This document shows positions 18,950-28,247 of a DNA stretch of 64,000 nt, piece by piece. Origin of the DNA: a virus. Both the position numbers and the translations under genes were made by a program. The stretch covers positions 1 through 64,000 of IMG/VR virus record IMGVR_UViG_3300021964_007165; one strand, 5' to 3'. The notes below the pieces were generated by a model. It ran no database searches and was not told where the DNA came from. It saw nothing but the letters and a program-made list of their open reading frames with translations. How positions within the stretch are numbered: the stretch's first letter is position 1; each line of letters starts with the position of its first letter.

Positions 18950-19393
18950 TCAGTATTTTGCGTACTCAATATGGGCACCATTCTCTCCATCTTCACTGAT
19001 ATCGATATGAACTTCACGCCCGGGGAATTTTTCAGAGATCTTTTCGTAAAGATCATCTGCCATCATTTCACATGATTTATAATCTAAGTTTAAAGTTCCT
19101 TCGCTATATAATTTCTCCATCCACCGTTTAAATTGAATAAATTCAATATCTCTGTCGTTGTGTGTAACAGTGATACCTACTTTAAAATGGAATATGTGTC
19201 TATGGGGATATCCCAAGAACGAAACATCATATTCATCACCTGTTGCCAGTGCTGGATCTTCCAGTGCCGCAGGATACTTGTGGATACCTTCTTTACGGAA
19301 AGTTACCCAAATCATTCTCTTTGCTGTATTCATAATTTTTTCATGTGTTTCTTTTGACATTGCTTCTTTAATCATTGTATCAGTTATACTCAT
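18950..19393 (-). CDS. T-fold QueD-like protein, DpdL-like (putative CDG decarboxylase)
   Basis: LGYPHRHIF (LxxxHRHxF), RDIEF, SCEMMA, ISEDGENGA; located between dpdA-like and folE/queE genes. Confidence 0.65.
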   Translation of the reverse strand: MSITDTMIKEAMSKETHEKIMNTAKRMIWVTFRKEGIHKYPAALEDPALATGDEYDVSFLGYPHRHIFHFKVGITVTHNDRDIEFIQFKRWMEKLYSEGTLNLDYKSCEMMADDLYEKISEKFPGREVHIDISEDGENGAHIEYAKY

Positions 19394-19422
19394 ACTATAC
19401 TACCTTTCTTTGTTGTTGTCAA
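19394..19422 (-). promoter_or_regulatory. sigma70-type promoter TTGACA-N17-TATAGT
   Basis: near-consensus; abuts ATG 19393, so a downstream Met may be the true start. Confidence 0.6.
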
Positions 19423-19948
19423 CCGGATTATCGTTCTCATATTTGGACCAATCTGTAAAAGTTGAACGTTTTTGCAAATCATGTACTTGATGAATCCAAA
19501 CACCAGCATTTGATGCTTTAAAGTCTTTGTCATCAATTTTGATACAAGCATTATAATTAAGTTGATCAATATAAGGCAGTTTAACACTAATCTGACTAAT
19601 AAATTTACTTTCTTCATTGTAACCAGATTCAATTACATATTCGTGATATTTTACATCATAATCAAGTGTTACAGTATACCCTTCTTTAAGCAAACCATAT
19701 ACAAGTGAATCCCATGCTTTGTTAGTAGCATCATCTCCGTATGGTAATGTAACTGCAAAACTTTGATTAGCACCAAGATAGATATGATCAACGTGTGTCT
19801 TTTTTGCTTGTTCCAGAACTTCTTCTAATGGTCGGCATCCTACTACAAATAGTGTATCCATGTCATATGCCGGTGTATGTTCTACTTCATAACCAGTGAA
19901 GTATACTACATTGTCTTTTACTTGTCCGTCGCTATAATCACGCTTCAC
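19400..19948 (-). CDS. hypothetical protein
   Basis: 182-aa ORF in the dpd region. Confidence 0.7.
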   Translation of the reverse strand: MKRDYSDGQVKDNVVYFTGYEVEHTPAYDMDTLFVVGCRPLEEVLEQAKKTHVDHIYLGANQSFAVTLPYGDDATNKAWDSLVYGLLKEGYTVTLDYDVKYHEYVIESGYNEESKFISQISVKLPYIDQLNYNACIKIDDKDFKASNAGVWIHQVHDLQKRSTFTDWSKYENDNPVDNNKER

Positions 19949-20138
19949 TTTTAAATGCCTTCATTAATTCTTTAATTTGATCCTTAATCGCTAACTTAGT
20001 TTTCTTTAATTTAAGTAGAAGACTCTTGTGTACAAAAGATCTATCGTAGGTTCTTTCGTCTTCAAGTTCTTTTACTTTAGCATCATACCAAGCATGATGT
20101 TCTTTTAGTTTTTCTATTTTTTTACTTGCTTTTGCCAT
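19938..20138 (-). CDS. small coiled-coil protein (DUF465-like)
   Basis: LKEHH..YD.KV.ELE...LKKTKLAIKDQI; GAGGAG RBS. Confidence 0.55.
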   Translation of the reverse strand: MAKASKKIEKLKEHHAWYDAKVKELEDERTYDRSFVHKSLLLKLKKTKLAIKDQIKELMKAFKSEA

Positions 20139-20139
20139 T

Positions 20140-21597
20140 TTATAACTCCTCAAAGAGATTGCCGAATTGTGTTTGGGCATTTACTGTTTTCTTTCCTGTT
20201 GCTCCTCTGGTTCCAATAATTGACATCCAGAATTTGTTAAATTCTTCTATGACTGCATTTGCTTCATCTCTGCTTGACGTTGCGAATATTGCTTCCACAA
20301 CATCTCTAAAAAATAACCTGTCGAACCGTTCTTCCACAAGCATCGCTGGAAGTACTCCGTTGTCGTATTGTCTATTCGCTTCTTGTACTGCATTAATATG
20401 ACTCCATACATTATGACCCATCTGGATTGCATATGAAAAACTATCCCAAGATGTTTTTCCTTCTTTACCTATTTTATTTAGGTCGCCTGGAGCATAAATG
20501 CACACGTCTTTGGCTTGTAAATTTTGGGTAATAGGTGAATTTAAGAAACTTCTATGTTTCCCTTCACGAACAAACGCATCGCTAAAAGGTGATGTATCAG
20601 TTGCCAATGCCTTATCATCAATGCCAGGTACCATTCTGTATACCCATTTCTTTCTATCTTGTGTTTCAAGTTCGCAGTAAATCTGTCCATTTGCAGTTGC
20701 AAGGAATGGTGAAGCACAATCAAATGTAATAGTAAAGTTTTCATTGTGGTACTTACGTACGGCTCTTTGTACATCAGTTAGTAGTGTCGCCCATTCTAAT
20801 TTGCTTGTGCCTAAGAAGTGCATAAAGTCGTGTTTGCCCTTTTCAAGCAATCCATCGAAACGCAGTGCTACAAGTCTTTTTAGTACCAAGTGTACATCAC
20901 ACATATTCTGACCACCCATTGACCAACCATTAAAGTGTGTACTTGGATATACTTTAGGATCACAGTAGTCTTTCATCTGTTGATACCAGTCTTCAGCATC
21001 AGCATGATTTTCACCTTGCAATACGTTTAAAAACTTACAAGAACCCGAACGGTTTTTCATAAAGTAGTCGTTATTGATACGTGTAGCATTTACAGCATCT
21101 TGATAGTTGTCAATACCTGTTGCTTTTGCTCCTTCTGGAGAACGTGCTACCCAGGCAGGAATATCAAGAATCATACCATAGTCCATATAAGCATCCATCC
21201 ACGCAAGAACTTGCTCACGTTTCTTTTTTGCTTTAGGACAGTTAGGATCTTTCCAATCACCTTCCCAGACTCCTTTACCAATTTGGAAACCACCTGAGTC
21301 GCCTAACAACCAACTGTTGTTACGATCTCTATTCCTAATCATATCTTCTTTAGGCGAATCCTTATTGATATCTAACTCTGCATGACCTGCTGAATACAAA
21401 CTCCAATGATAGTTGAATAGACCGTCTTTAGTATTAAACCAATTAAGACTTTCCATCTCATTGTTAGGAAAAGGAATACGACTTTTGTCTACATATTCTT
21501 CCTTACGTTGTTTGCCTATAAAAGTTGCATAAAAGCCACTAATAGCCGGAAGAAAGATTGCGTAGTCTTTCTGTTCTTTAGTTAAGTCCGTATTCAA
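20140..21597 (-). CDS. dpdA: DNA 7-deazaguanine transglycosylase (DpdA/TGT-like)
   Basis: GDSGGFQ, MILDIP, NVLQG, HFLG, TFDCASP; no TGT C-terminal Zn cysteine motif seen; clustered with folE/queE. Confidence 0.75.
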   Translation of the reverse strand: MNTDLTKEQKDYAIFLPAISGFYATFIGKQRKEEYVDKSRIPFPNNEMESLNWFNTKDGLFNYHWSLYSAGHAELDINKDSPKEDMIRNRDRNNSWLLGDSGGFQIGKGVWEGDWKDPNCPKAKKKREQVLAWMDAYMDYGMILDIPAWVARSPEGAKATGIDNYQDAVNATRINNDYFMKNRSGSCKFLNVLQGENHADAEDWYQQMKDYCDPKVYPSTHFNGWSMGGQNMCDVHLVLKRLVALRFDGLLEKGKHDFMHFLGTSKLEWATLLTDVQRAVRKYHNENFTITFDCASPFLATANGQIYCELETQDRKKWVYRMVPGIDDKALATDTSPFSDAFVREGKHRSFLNSPITQNLQAKDVCIYAPGDLNKIGKEGKTSWDSFSYAIQMGHNVWSHINAVQEANRQYDNGVLPAMLVEERFDRLFFRDVVEAIFATSSRDEANAVIEEFNKFWMSIIGTRGATGKKTVNAQTQFGNLFEEL

Positions 21598-21607
21598 AAT
21601 ATTCTCC

Positions 21608-22336
21608 TTATTTAGTTTGTGCTGGAAGAATATAATTATATTCTGCTAATCCAGAGTCTACAGTAAGTTGCATTGCACCTTGATCTGAAATACTCATTGT
21701 AACTTTACCATCTAAGTTTAAGATTGCTTGTACTTGTGCTACAGGCCAACTCCAAGAATGTTTTAAAGATCCTGTAATATCTGTATGGAATACAAATGAA
21801 CCTGCATGTTGTGAAGCATCACCGAAACTAAACACTAAGTTAGTACCGTCGGTTTTTACACTAAACACAGTTTCTTCAGAATGTGCAAGACTTTGAAACT
21901 TCATTCTTTGAATAGCCGCCATTGTTGGTTCAACTTCAACATCCCATGAAGCACCTTTAAACTTAACTGTCTTAAGTTTTTCTTCAATAATTTGTTTATT
22001 CATAAAACGATAATCGTTTTCAAAGTCACCTGTTTCGTTTTCAAAGTGGATATGTGTTGGAATAGTTTCGCCATTACGCTCTGCCTGTTCTACAGTAATT
22101 TTAGAATTCTTTTGATATTCCGGACACTTCAAATGCAAACTTAATTTATCTAAGTTAGGCATTCCAAATGTACCTGTGAATTCTGCTACAGGATTTTTAG
22201 TTTTAGAACTAAGAATCACTGAACGATCTTCTGCCATCGATTCGATAGTAGTATCAGTTTCGTTCGTTACCTTTACAATGTTAAGAAATCCTAACGAGTG
22301 TGTATGGGCAACAATGTCTTGTAAAATGTCTTTCAT
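21608..22336 (-). CDS. putative sliding clamp (gp45/PCNA-like)
   Basis: 242 aa, beta-rich two-domain pattern ending GLAEYNYILPA; PolB and clamp loader also in window. Confidence 0.5.
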   Translation of the reverse strand: MKDILQDIVAHTHSLGFLNIVKVTNETDTTIESMAEDRSVILSSKTKNPVAEFTGTFGMPNLDKLSLHLKCPEYQKNSKITVEQAERNGETIPTHIHFENETGDFENDYRFMNKQIIEEKLKTVKFKGASWDVEVEPTMAAIQRMKFQSLAHSEETVFSVKTDGTNLVFSFGDASQHAGSFVFHTDITGSLKHSWSWPVAQVQAILNLDGKVTMSISDQGAMQLTVDSGLAEYNYILPAQTK

Positions 22337-23103
22337 GTTTGTTCTCCTATTGTTACATTATATTTAGAAAATGCTTCTTTGTCAAGTGTTTTTTCCTGGC
22401 ACAAGAAGTCAATTACATCAATTTGTGGCCGCCAGCCAATACTTGTTAATTGAGTAATATCGGCAGTATTATCTATGCGTTCATGCTTACTGCCATTACG
22501 CATTGGTATGTTTTTTATACCCTTTGCATCTAACAGTTTTGATAAGTGATAACTGTTTCCAGTACCAATATCAATAACGCCTTTTAAATCACTATTCATT
22601 ATCATAGTAATTGCTCTACACACATCTGCCATATGTATAAAATCTCTTGTATGATTGTTAATATATTCAACATCATTTCTTAGCAACTTTGGTATAAACA
22701 TATTAGGTCTTGCATCAGAACCGTACATTGTAGTAAAACGTAATCCAATACAGTGTTCTAAAGCATATCTTTCCATAATAAACTTTGAGTAAGCATATGG
22801 ATTCTTATCCGGTTCTTTTGCTGTACTTGAACTTGCATAATATATTGGGCAAGTATAATAATCAAATAATCTTTTTGATGCTAATACATTATTTTCCCAA
22901 TAGTCTGTTGGATTATCAATACTTTCTCTTACTCCGCTTTTGCCTGCTAAATGAATTACAGCATCTATATCATTAGGTAGTTCACAAGTATTTAGGTCTG
23001 TTCCTAATTTTAAGTCAATAAAAGTCATTTGGTGTATACCGCGCCAAAACATTTTTAGAACTGAACCAAGCATTCCTTCACTTCCTGTAATTAATAATTT
23101 CAT
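22333..23103 (-). CDS. NAD-dependent epimerase/dehydratase
   Basis: ITGSEGMLG, HLAG, ASSS, YAYSK (YxxxK), RDFIH. Confidence 0.88.
   Translation of the reverse strand: MKLLITGSEGMLGSVLKMFWRGIHQMTFIDLKLGTDLNTCELPNDIDAVIHLAGKSGVRESIDNPTDYWENNVLASKRLFDYYTCPIYYASSSTAKEPDKNPYAYSKFIMERYALEHCIGLRFTTMYGSDARPNMFIPKLLRNDVEYINNHTRDFIHMADVCRAITMIMNSDLKGVIDIGTGNSYHLSKLLDAKGIKNIPMRNGSKHERIDNTADITQLTSIGWRPQIDVIDFLCQEKTLDKEAFSKYNVTIGEQT
22357..22385 (-). promoter_or_regulatory. sigma70-type promoter TTGACA-N17-TATAAT
   Basis: perfect consensus upstream of the clamp-like gene and dpdA. Confidence 0.85.
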
Positions 23104-23348
23104 ATTCCTATCCAATTATAAACGCCTCTAACTGCTAAAAGCAAATACATTAATTCCATTAATGCTCGAGGTATGTCTTTATCTTTTACACCCATCCATA
23201 TCCATATACTACAAGATGCTAATGCTACTGACCATCCTAACCATTGTAATTCGGGATCTCCTCCACTTAAGGTAAAAGCACTCACCATAGCAAGTATAAA
23301 TCCTAACCATCTCCAACCGTCAATCTTATGATAGTAGCGTATTTTCAA
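23100..23348 (-). CDS. small 3-TM membrane protein
   Basis: three hydrophobic segments, 82 aa. Confidence 0.65.
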   Translation of the reverse strand: MKIRYYHKIDGWRWLGFILAMVSAFTLSGGDPELQWLGWSVALASCSIWIWMGVKDKDIPRALMELMYLLLAVRGVYNWIGI

Positions 23349-23730
23349 ATTCTTCCTTTACATAACGTTTAAGTTCATGATCGCCTATATTGTTAGGCAC
23401 TCTTTTTTTATAAAATAGTTCATAACTGTCACTGCCATATTTTCCGATACCGTATAGTTGTGTAGCATCTTCTCCGTCCCAGTCCTTAAACTGTTCACTC
23501 ATTCGATACAGTCTTTCTGCTCTAACGTGTCGCATACCAAGTGGAGCAATTATGTCTTCAATTTGTTTACGTGTTGCATGGAGTAGACTTGTGTGTGTAG
23601 GCCACTTAGCAAAAAACTTTGGCAGTACACGTTTTACTTGTTTACGATTTGTCAAGTTCAAACAAATAACACCAACCATGTGTTGCCACGCATTATCCAC
23701 TTGTTGTTGTACCATTAAATCATCTCTCAT
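23326..23730 (-). CDS. HhH DNA glycosylase, MBD4-like catalytic domain
   Basis: W..MV.VICLN.T, PLGM..VRA, LYGIGKYGSDSY.LF, DHEL..Y. Confidence 0.8.
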   Translation of the reverse strand: MRDDLMVQQQVDNAWQHMVGVICLNLTNRKQVKRVLPKFFAKWPTHTSLLHATRKQIEDIIAPLGMRHVRAERLYRMSEQFKDWDGEDATQLYGIGKYGSDSYELFYKKRVPNNIGDHELKRYVKEEFENTLLS

Positions 23731-24269
23731 TTCTTAACTCCGAAATGTTTAAAAGTTGATTGTACACATTTTGCCTGATAGTAACAATCTGCTAATGCAT
23801 TGTGTAGACTTTCTTGTATTGCTTTACGAGGATCTATAGGCATCATACTAAACAAAGTTCTACTATCTCTAATCTGCCAAAAGTTCCAAGGACAAGGTTT
23901 ACCAATATTTTTATATAAATTTTGTAATATCGCATAATCAAACAGCGGACCTTGACACCATAGTTGATCAACACCTACACAAAATTTGTTGATTGCTTTT
24001 GTTAGTGTGTCCATGTTCACACGATCTTCATGATCACCAAATGCTTCGTCTTGTATTTTTTGATCTTGTTTTGTCCACCAAGCAAGGGTATTGTCATCAA
24101 TACTTCTACCATATTTTTCACTTTGTTCTTCTATATCGCAACGCATATACAATCCAGAATGTGGTTCAGAATCGGAATAAGGATCAAACTTTATAGCACC
24201 AAGTGTAATAATTACACTGTCTGGTTCAACACCAAGTGTCTCTAAGTCAATCATTCCGTGTACTGCCAT
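23727..24269 (-). CDS. DEDDh 3'-5' exonuclease
   Basis: MIDLETL, FD, RDSRT, HNALAD. Confidence 0.85.
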   Translation of the reverse strand: MAVHGMIDLETLGVEPDSVIITLGAIKFDPYSDSEPHSGLYMRCDIEEQSEKYGRSIDDNTLAWWTKQDQKIQDEAFGDHEDRVNMDTLTKAINKFCVGVDQLWCQGPLFDYAILQNLYKNIGKPCPWNFWQIRDSRTLFSMMPIDPRKAIQESLHNALADCYYQAKCVQSTFKHFGVKK

Positions 24270-26944
24270 TATTCGTCACCTCCGAAATCAAACAAATTAT
24301 TAAAAGTATTTTTAGTTTTTGTACTTTCTAAATCATAATTAAGAACACCAATCAAGTTATCAAGTTTGTTGTCGATAATCGTTCCCTCCATAGCATCTCC
24401 ATCAAATGGTAACTCCTTAAACCATTGTGGTAAATGCATTTCGTCTACAGGATATGCTACACTGGTGTAACCCATTGGATTCTGTTTTAGTTTACAAACA
24501 ATAACTTTCATACCGTCTACAATCTCTTGCGAGTACTTGTCACCGTTCATACGCTTGAGTGTGTTCCAATTAATACTTGCTCTTACATGCCCTGGCATGT
24601 TTGCTTTACCTTGCTTCTTTTCAAGTCGTTCATAATGTCCAATTTTATTTGCACGTTTAGGTGAACCTTTTTCATGTCCGGGACGTGATTTAAACTCTGT
24701 ACGGAATTCTGTAATACGATTTAAGATACTTTCTTCGCTTTCGAACTGCAATACTTTAAGTAGTAATTCACTTAAAAACTCTTGCATAAACACAGGAGTA
24801 TCACTACGCTTTAGATCAAGACCCATGGCTTTTACTTTACCTGGCTTGCCGTCAACGTCTGTACGTTCGCCTTCGTTATCATAAATTAAAGCCGCATACC
24901 GCTTCTTAGTAATAAACAATCCTGATTCTGCAACAATCTCACGGCCTGCCGCAATAACATCTGTACGACTCTTTGGACAATGAAATGCATCAAGCATAAA
25001 TTTAGGAAATGACTTGTTTGCTTCTGTACATACTTGGTCATACAGTGCAATCACATTGTCTTTACTCCACGGAATATTACCTGCATCAATATCTTTCTTT
25101 AATATCGGATATGCACTAAAATAGCAAGAGTCAGTGTCACCATATATTATTGCTTTACCTACATGATTGTATTCACCTGTAACAACTTTGTTTACTTCTG
25201 CACTCATGTGTTTTACGATCTGTCTACCTGTAAGTGTAGTTGATTGACCAATTCGACCATCAAAGAATCTACAACCTGGATTAAGAATAGCACCATACAA
25301 ACTGTTCAAATTAATTTTTTTAACAAGTTGACGTTTATCCCAAAACTCAATTTCCGCTTTATTTCCTGCATCAATGGCTTTCTTTTTCATTGCCTGCATA
25401 TCCTTACGTTCGCTGTACCAACGTTTAAGTAGTCCAGGGATAACTCCCTCAAACTCGTATGTAAAGATAGTTCCATTAGCACTCATCATCCAAGGATTGT
25501 TACTATCATAGATAATTTTATACACTTGAGCACCACTCATTACATCGCTTTGTCCGTTCTCCCAATCTACAGTTATGCTTACATCTCTACGTTGTTCCAT
25601 AACAGCATCATACTCCATAGTACCAAATCGGCCTTCCCATGCCGCCGCAAATGATTTCTTTTTCAAGTTCATTTGTTCGCCTACATATTTGTTTGTAAGT
25701 TCAGGACGTAGTTGACCTATCACAGTTTCCGGAGCCATGTTTAATGCTCTAATAACAGAAGGATACAGTGAATTTAAGTCCATTGAACCAATCCAACTGT
25801 GTACACCTACTTTTGGAAATGCAACATATGCTCCAGCCGCTGGATCACTACCAGGTTCACGTTGTACTCTATTAGGCACTTGCATACCTCTATGATGTGC
25901 TTCGTTGATAATTGCTTGTTCTGTAACTGCAACAGCACCCATTGTGGTCTGTAGCAAAACAGTATTTGCGTGTGCAAGTTCATTACTAAGATCGATAAAT
26001 CTTAGTTTTTTGTCCAGTTTGTCCAGTAGAGCAACGTCTTGTCGGTTGTACTCAATGAACGTTCTGAAGTCATTGTTATAAAGTTGATCGAGCGTACCTT
26101 CGTACACAGTTTTTCTTTCACCAACTTCCATTTCACCAATGGCATCAAGTCTGTAAGTATGTCTTTCTTCATATGTGTATTTACGATATAATTCCAAACT
26201 ATCTAAATGCACTCTGCCTATTAGGTCATAGGTTTCTTGTTGCCTTCCAAATTTTTCATACTCACGCTTCTTAGGAAACTGATCAAACAAACAAAAACGT
26301 CTGGTATCATCCTTGCTTAATACTTTTGCTACACGGTTAACAGTATAAGGAATATCATAACCTTCACTGTTCCAACCAGTAATAATATCACTATCTTGGA
26401 TTAGATCTAAAAATGTTTTAAGCATATCTGCTTCATCACTAAACAGATGGGTATTTGGAAAATCTTTACATTGTTCTTCTGCTTGTTCCATTGTCAATCC
26501 CTTAGGCGGAACAGCAAGTGTTACAAGAGTATCTAACCATTGCAAATGAACTGAAATAGCAGTAATAGGCATAAACGGATCACTTGGATCAGCAAAGCCA
26601 CGTTCTGGATCAAAATCTGTTTCAATGTCAAAAAATGCAACGTTCAACTTAGGAGCATCGTGATTAAGATAATTTTCACTTAAACACTGGAAGATTGGAT
26701 TTACATCACTTTCGAATAATTCTTTATTCTTGTTAATTGCAAGTTCTTTGCGAAAGTCTTTTGTATTTTTACATACAATTCTATTTAGAGGATCTCCATA
26801 GATACTTTTATATTTTCCTCTTGGGTCAGCATAATAAAAAGTATATTTTACAGGATATTCGGTAAAGTGTCTTTTACCGTCTTTACGTTCTACAACGCGA
26901 ATAATATCAGCATTGCGATCAAAGTGTGCGTCTACATAACTCAT
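24269..26944 (-). CDS. family B DNA polymerase
   Basis: Exo DIET, GWNS..YD; polymerase DLNSLYPS, KINLNSLYG, YGDTDS, KKRY. Confidence 0.95.
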   Translation of the reverse strand: MSYVDAHFDRNADIIRVVERKDGKRHFTEYPVKYTFYYADPRGKYKSIYGDPLNRIVCKNTKDFRKELAINKNKELFESDVNPIFQCLSENYLNHDAPKLNVAFFDIETDFDPERGFADPSDPFMPITAISVHLQWLDTLVTLAVPPKGLTMEQAEEQCKDFPNTHLFSDEADMLKTFLDLIQDSDIITGWNSEGYDIPYTVNRVAKVLSKDDTRRFCLFDQFPKKREYEKFGRQQETYDLIGRVHLDSLELYRKYTYEERHTYRLDAIGEMEVGERKTVYEGTLDQLYNNDFRTFIEYNRQDVALLDKLDKKLRFIDLSNELAHANTVLLQTTMGAVAVTEQAIINEAHHRGMQVPNRVQREPGSDPAAGAYVAFPKVGVHSWIGSMDLNSLYPSVIRALNMAPETVIGQLRPELTNKYVGEQMNLKKKSFAAAWEGRFGTMEYDAVMEQRRDVSITVDWENGQSDVMSGAQVYKIIYDSNNPWMMSANGTIFTYEFEGVIPGLLKRWYSERKDMQAMKKKAIDAGNKAEIEFWDKRQLVKKINLNSLYGAILNPGCRFFDGRIGQSTTLTGRQIVKHMSAEVNKVVTGEYNHVGKAIIYGDTDSCYFSAYPILKKDIDAGNIPWSKDNVIALYDQVCTEANKSFPKFMLDAFHCPKSRTDVIAAGREIVAESGLFITKKRYAALIYDNEGERTDVDGKPGKVKAMGLDLKRSDTPVFMQEFLSELLLKVLQFESEESILNRITEFRTEFKSRPGHEKGSPKRANKIGHYERLEKKQGKANMPGHVRASINWNTLKRMNGDKYSQEIVDGMKVIVCKLKQNPMGYTSVAYPVDEMHLPQWFKELPFDGDAMEGTIIDNKLDNLIGVLNYDLESTKTKNTFNNLFDFGGDE

Positions 26945-26991
26945 TTTTTCTCCTATACCATTTTAGGCTGGCAAATACCCAAGTTATTCGT

Positions 26992-27258
26992 TTATTGGCC
27001 GAAAATACCATCTTGTACAAGTCCAGCAATATATATTATTGTAAGTCCTGCGTTTAAAATAATCAACGATTTTTCTTTCCAAAGCACTCCTACTGCTACC
27101 CAAATACCATTAGCAATAGTAAAAGCATAACTGTAGTAAGGATACATATTAAATGCGGCCATTGTAGCGGCAATCAATAATACCGTTGTTCCTGTCCAAG
27201 CCAACCATTGGTATGGCTTAGGTTGCGTCTTTAATGTTTTTAAAGTATTGTTTGTCAT
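26992..27258 (-). CDS. small 3-TM membrane protein
   Basis: three hydrophobic segments. Confidence 0.65.
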   Translation of the reverse strand: MTNNTLKTLKTQPKPYQWLAWTGTTVLLIAATMAAFNMYPYYSYAFTIANGIWVAVGVLWKEKSLIILNAGLTIIYIAGLVQDGIFGQ

Positions 27259-27529
27259 TTTGTGCCTTATCGTCTATCCAAATGTCGTAATGTGGTTTGT
27301 GAAATAAAATAGAACTGTATTTTACTTCCCATTCCTCTAATTGCCTTTGTGTGAATTGTTTCCAATCCAAATGTGATTTTGCGCCTCTTGCTGTCCAATA
27401 ATTAATTTCATGGCCTTCGTCATACAATTGATTAAAGTGTTCAATTCTTTCTTTAATAGGCTTACTATTTTCATAATCACTGTTAGTAGTATAGCATATT
27501 GTATTATCAATGTCAACCATATAAATCAT
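27218..27529 (-). CDS. small HAD-superfamily phosphatase-like protein
   Basis: VDIDNTI, WTARG, KP.YD.WIDDKA. Confidence 0.75.
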   Translation of the reverse strand: MIYMVDIDNTICYTTNSDYENSKPIKERIEHFNQLYDEGHEINYWTARGAKSHLDWKQFTQRQLEEWEVKYSSILFHKPHYDIWIDDKAQNDKQYFKNIKDAT

Positions 27530-27975
27530 GTATTTTGACCTCTTATTTGTCTAAATTGTTTGTTGTCTGGATACTCACTATAGTATCCTTTTTCTAATAA
27601 TTTATTACTTGCTTGTTTGGTTTCATCTAATCGTTGTAAAACAAAGAATTTAATAGTTGGGTCGTTTAAGTCATTTTCATAATCCATGTATTTGTATTCA
27701 ATAAACAACACATTTCTATCTAAAAAGTATTGGGTTCGACATAGTCCGAATAGTTCTTTACCTTCGTTTGGATCTTGAACATTGTGTAAAATTACAAGAA
27801 CAGCATGACTGTCATAACTGTCAAACTCAAACATCACTTTCAGTATATCTAAGTATTGATCTGTATGTACTCTTTTTACGTCTTTACTGTTTGCCCAAGG
27901 GCACTTACCCTTTGCCAATTCGTTTAAATGTAGATCTAACCAAGTATCTATTCTTTGTACATTCATCACCACCAA
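27526..27975 (-). CDS. hypothetical protein
   Basis: ORF in operon; contains CPWA. Confidence 0.55.
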   Translation of the reverse strand: MVVMNVQRIDTWLDLHLNELAKGKCPWANSKDVKRVHTDQYLDILKVMFEFDSYDSHAVLVILHNVQDPNEGKELFGLCRTQYFLDRNVLFIEYKYMDYENDLNDPTIKFFVLQRLDETKQASNKLLEKGYYSEYPDNKQFRQIRGQNT

Positions 27976-28247
27976 CCTATAGCAATTCCATACCCAAATA
28001 TGTTGACCAAACTAAAATAAAATGTCAGTAGCATTACCCAAGCCGCCCCTCGTCTATAAGCGGCATAACACTGTGTAATACTGCCAACAAAAAATCCTGG
28101 ATACACAATTAACATATTAGGATCTCTTGCATTTACAGCAAGTGTTAAACTGGCGCCTACTGTAAAGATAAAACTGATTAGTTCAAAACAAAACGCTGTT
28201 TTATCAGAGTGATAACTGTTTATCCAAAAATCTTTTATCTTTTGCAA
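27966..28247 (-). CDS. small 3-TM membrane protein
   Basis: three hydrophobic segments; TTG start directly after the upstream stop. Confidence 0.6.
   Translation of the reverse strand: MQKIKDFWINSYHSDKTAFCFELISFIFTVGASLTLAVNARDPNMLIVYPGFFVGSITQCYAAYRRGAAWVMLLTFYFSLVNIFGYGIAIGWW

Noticed and set aside
20140-21597. Canonical tRNA-guanine transglycosylase (tgt)
   Set aside because: Lacks the Zn-binding Cys motif and is divergent; phage context favours DNA-acting DpdA, though tRNA activity is not excluded
24269-26944. Intein or intron in PolB
   Set aside because: Normal length, contiguous motifs, no splicing signatures
26945-27012. Two similar GGTATTT...GCC.A elements upstream of polB as an autoregulatory operator
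   Set aside because: Similarity is short and one copy is coding; cannot be supported without homologs
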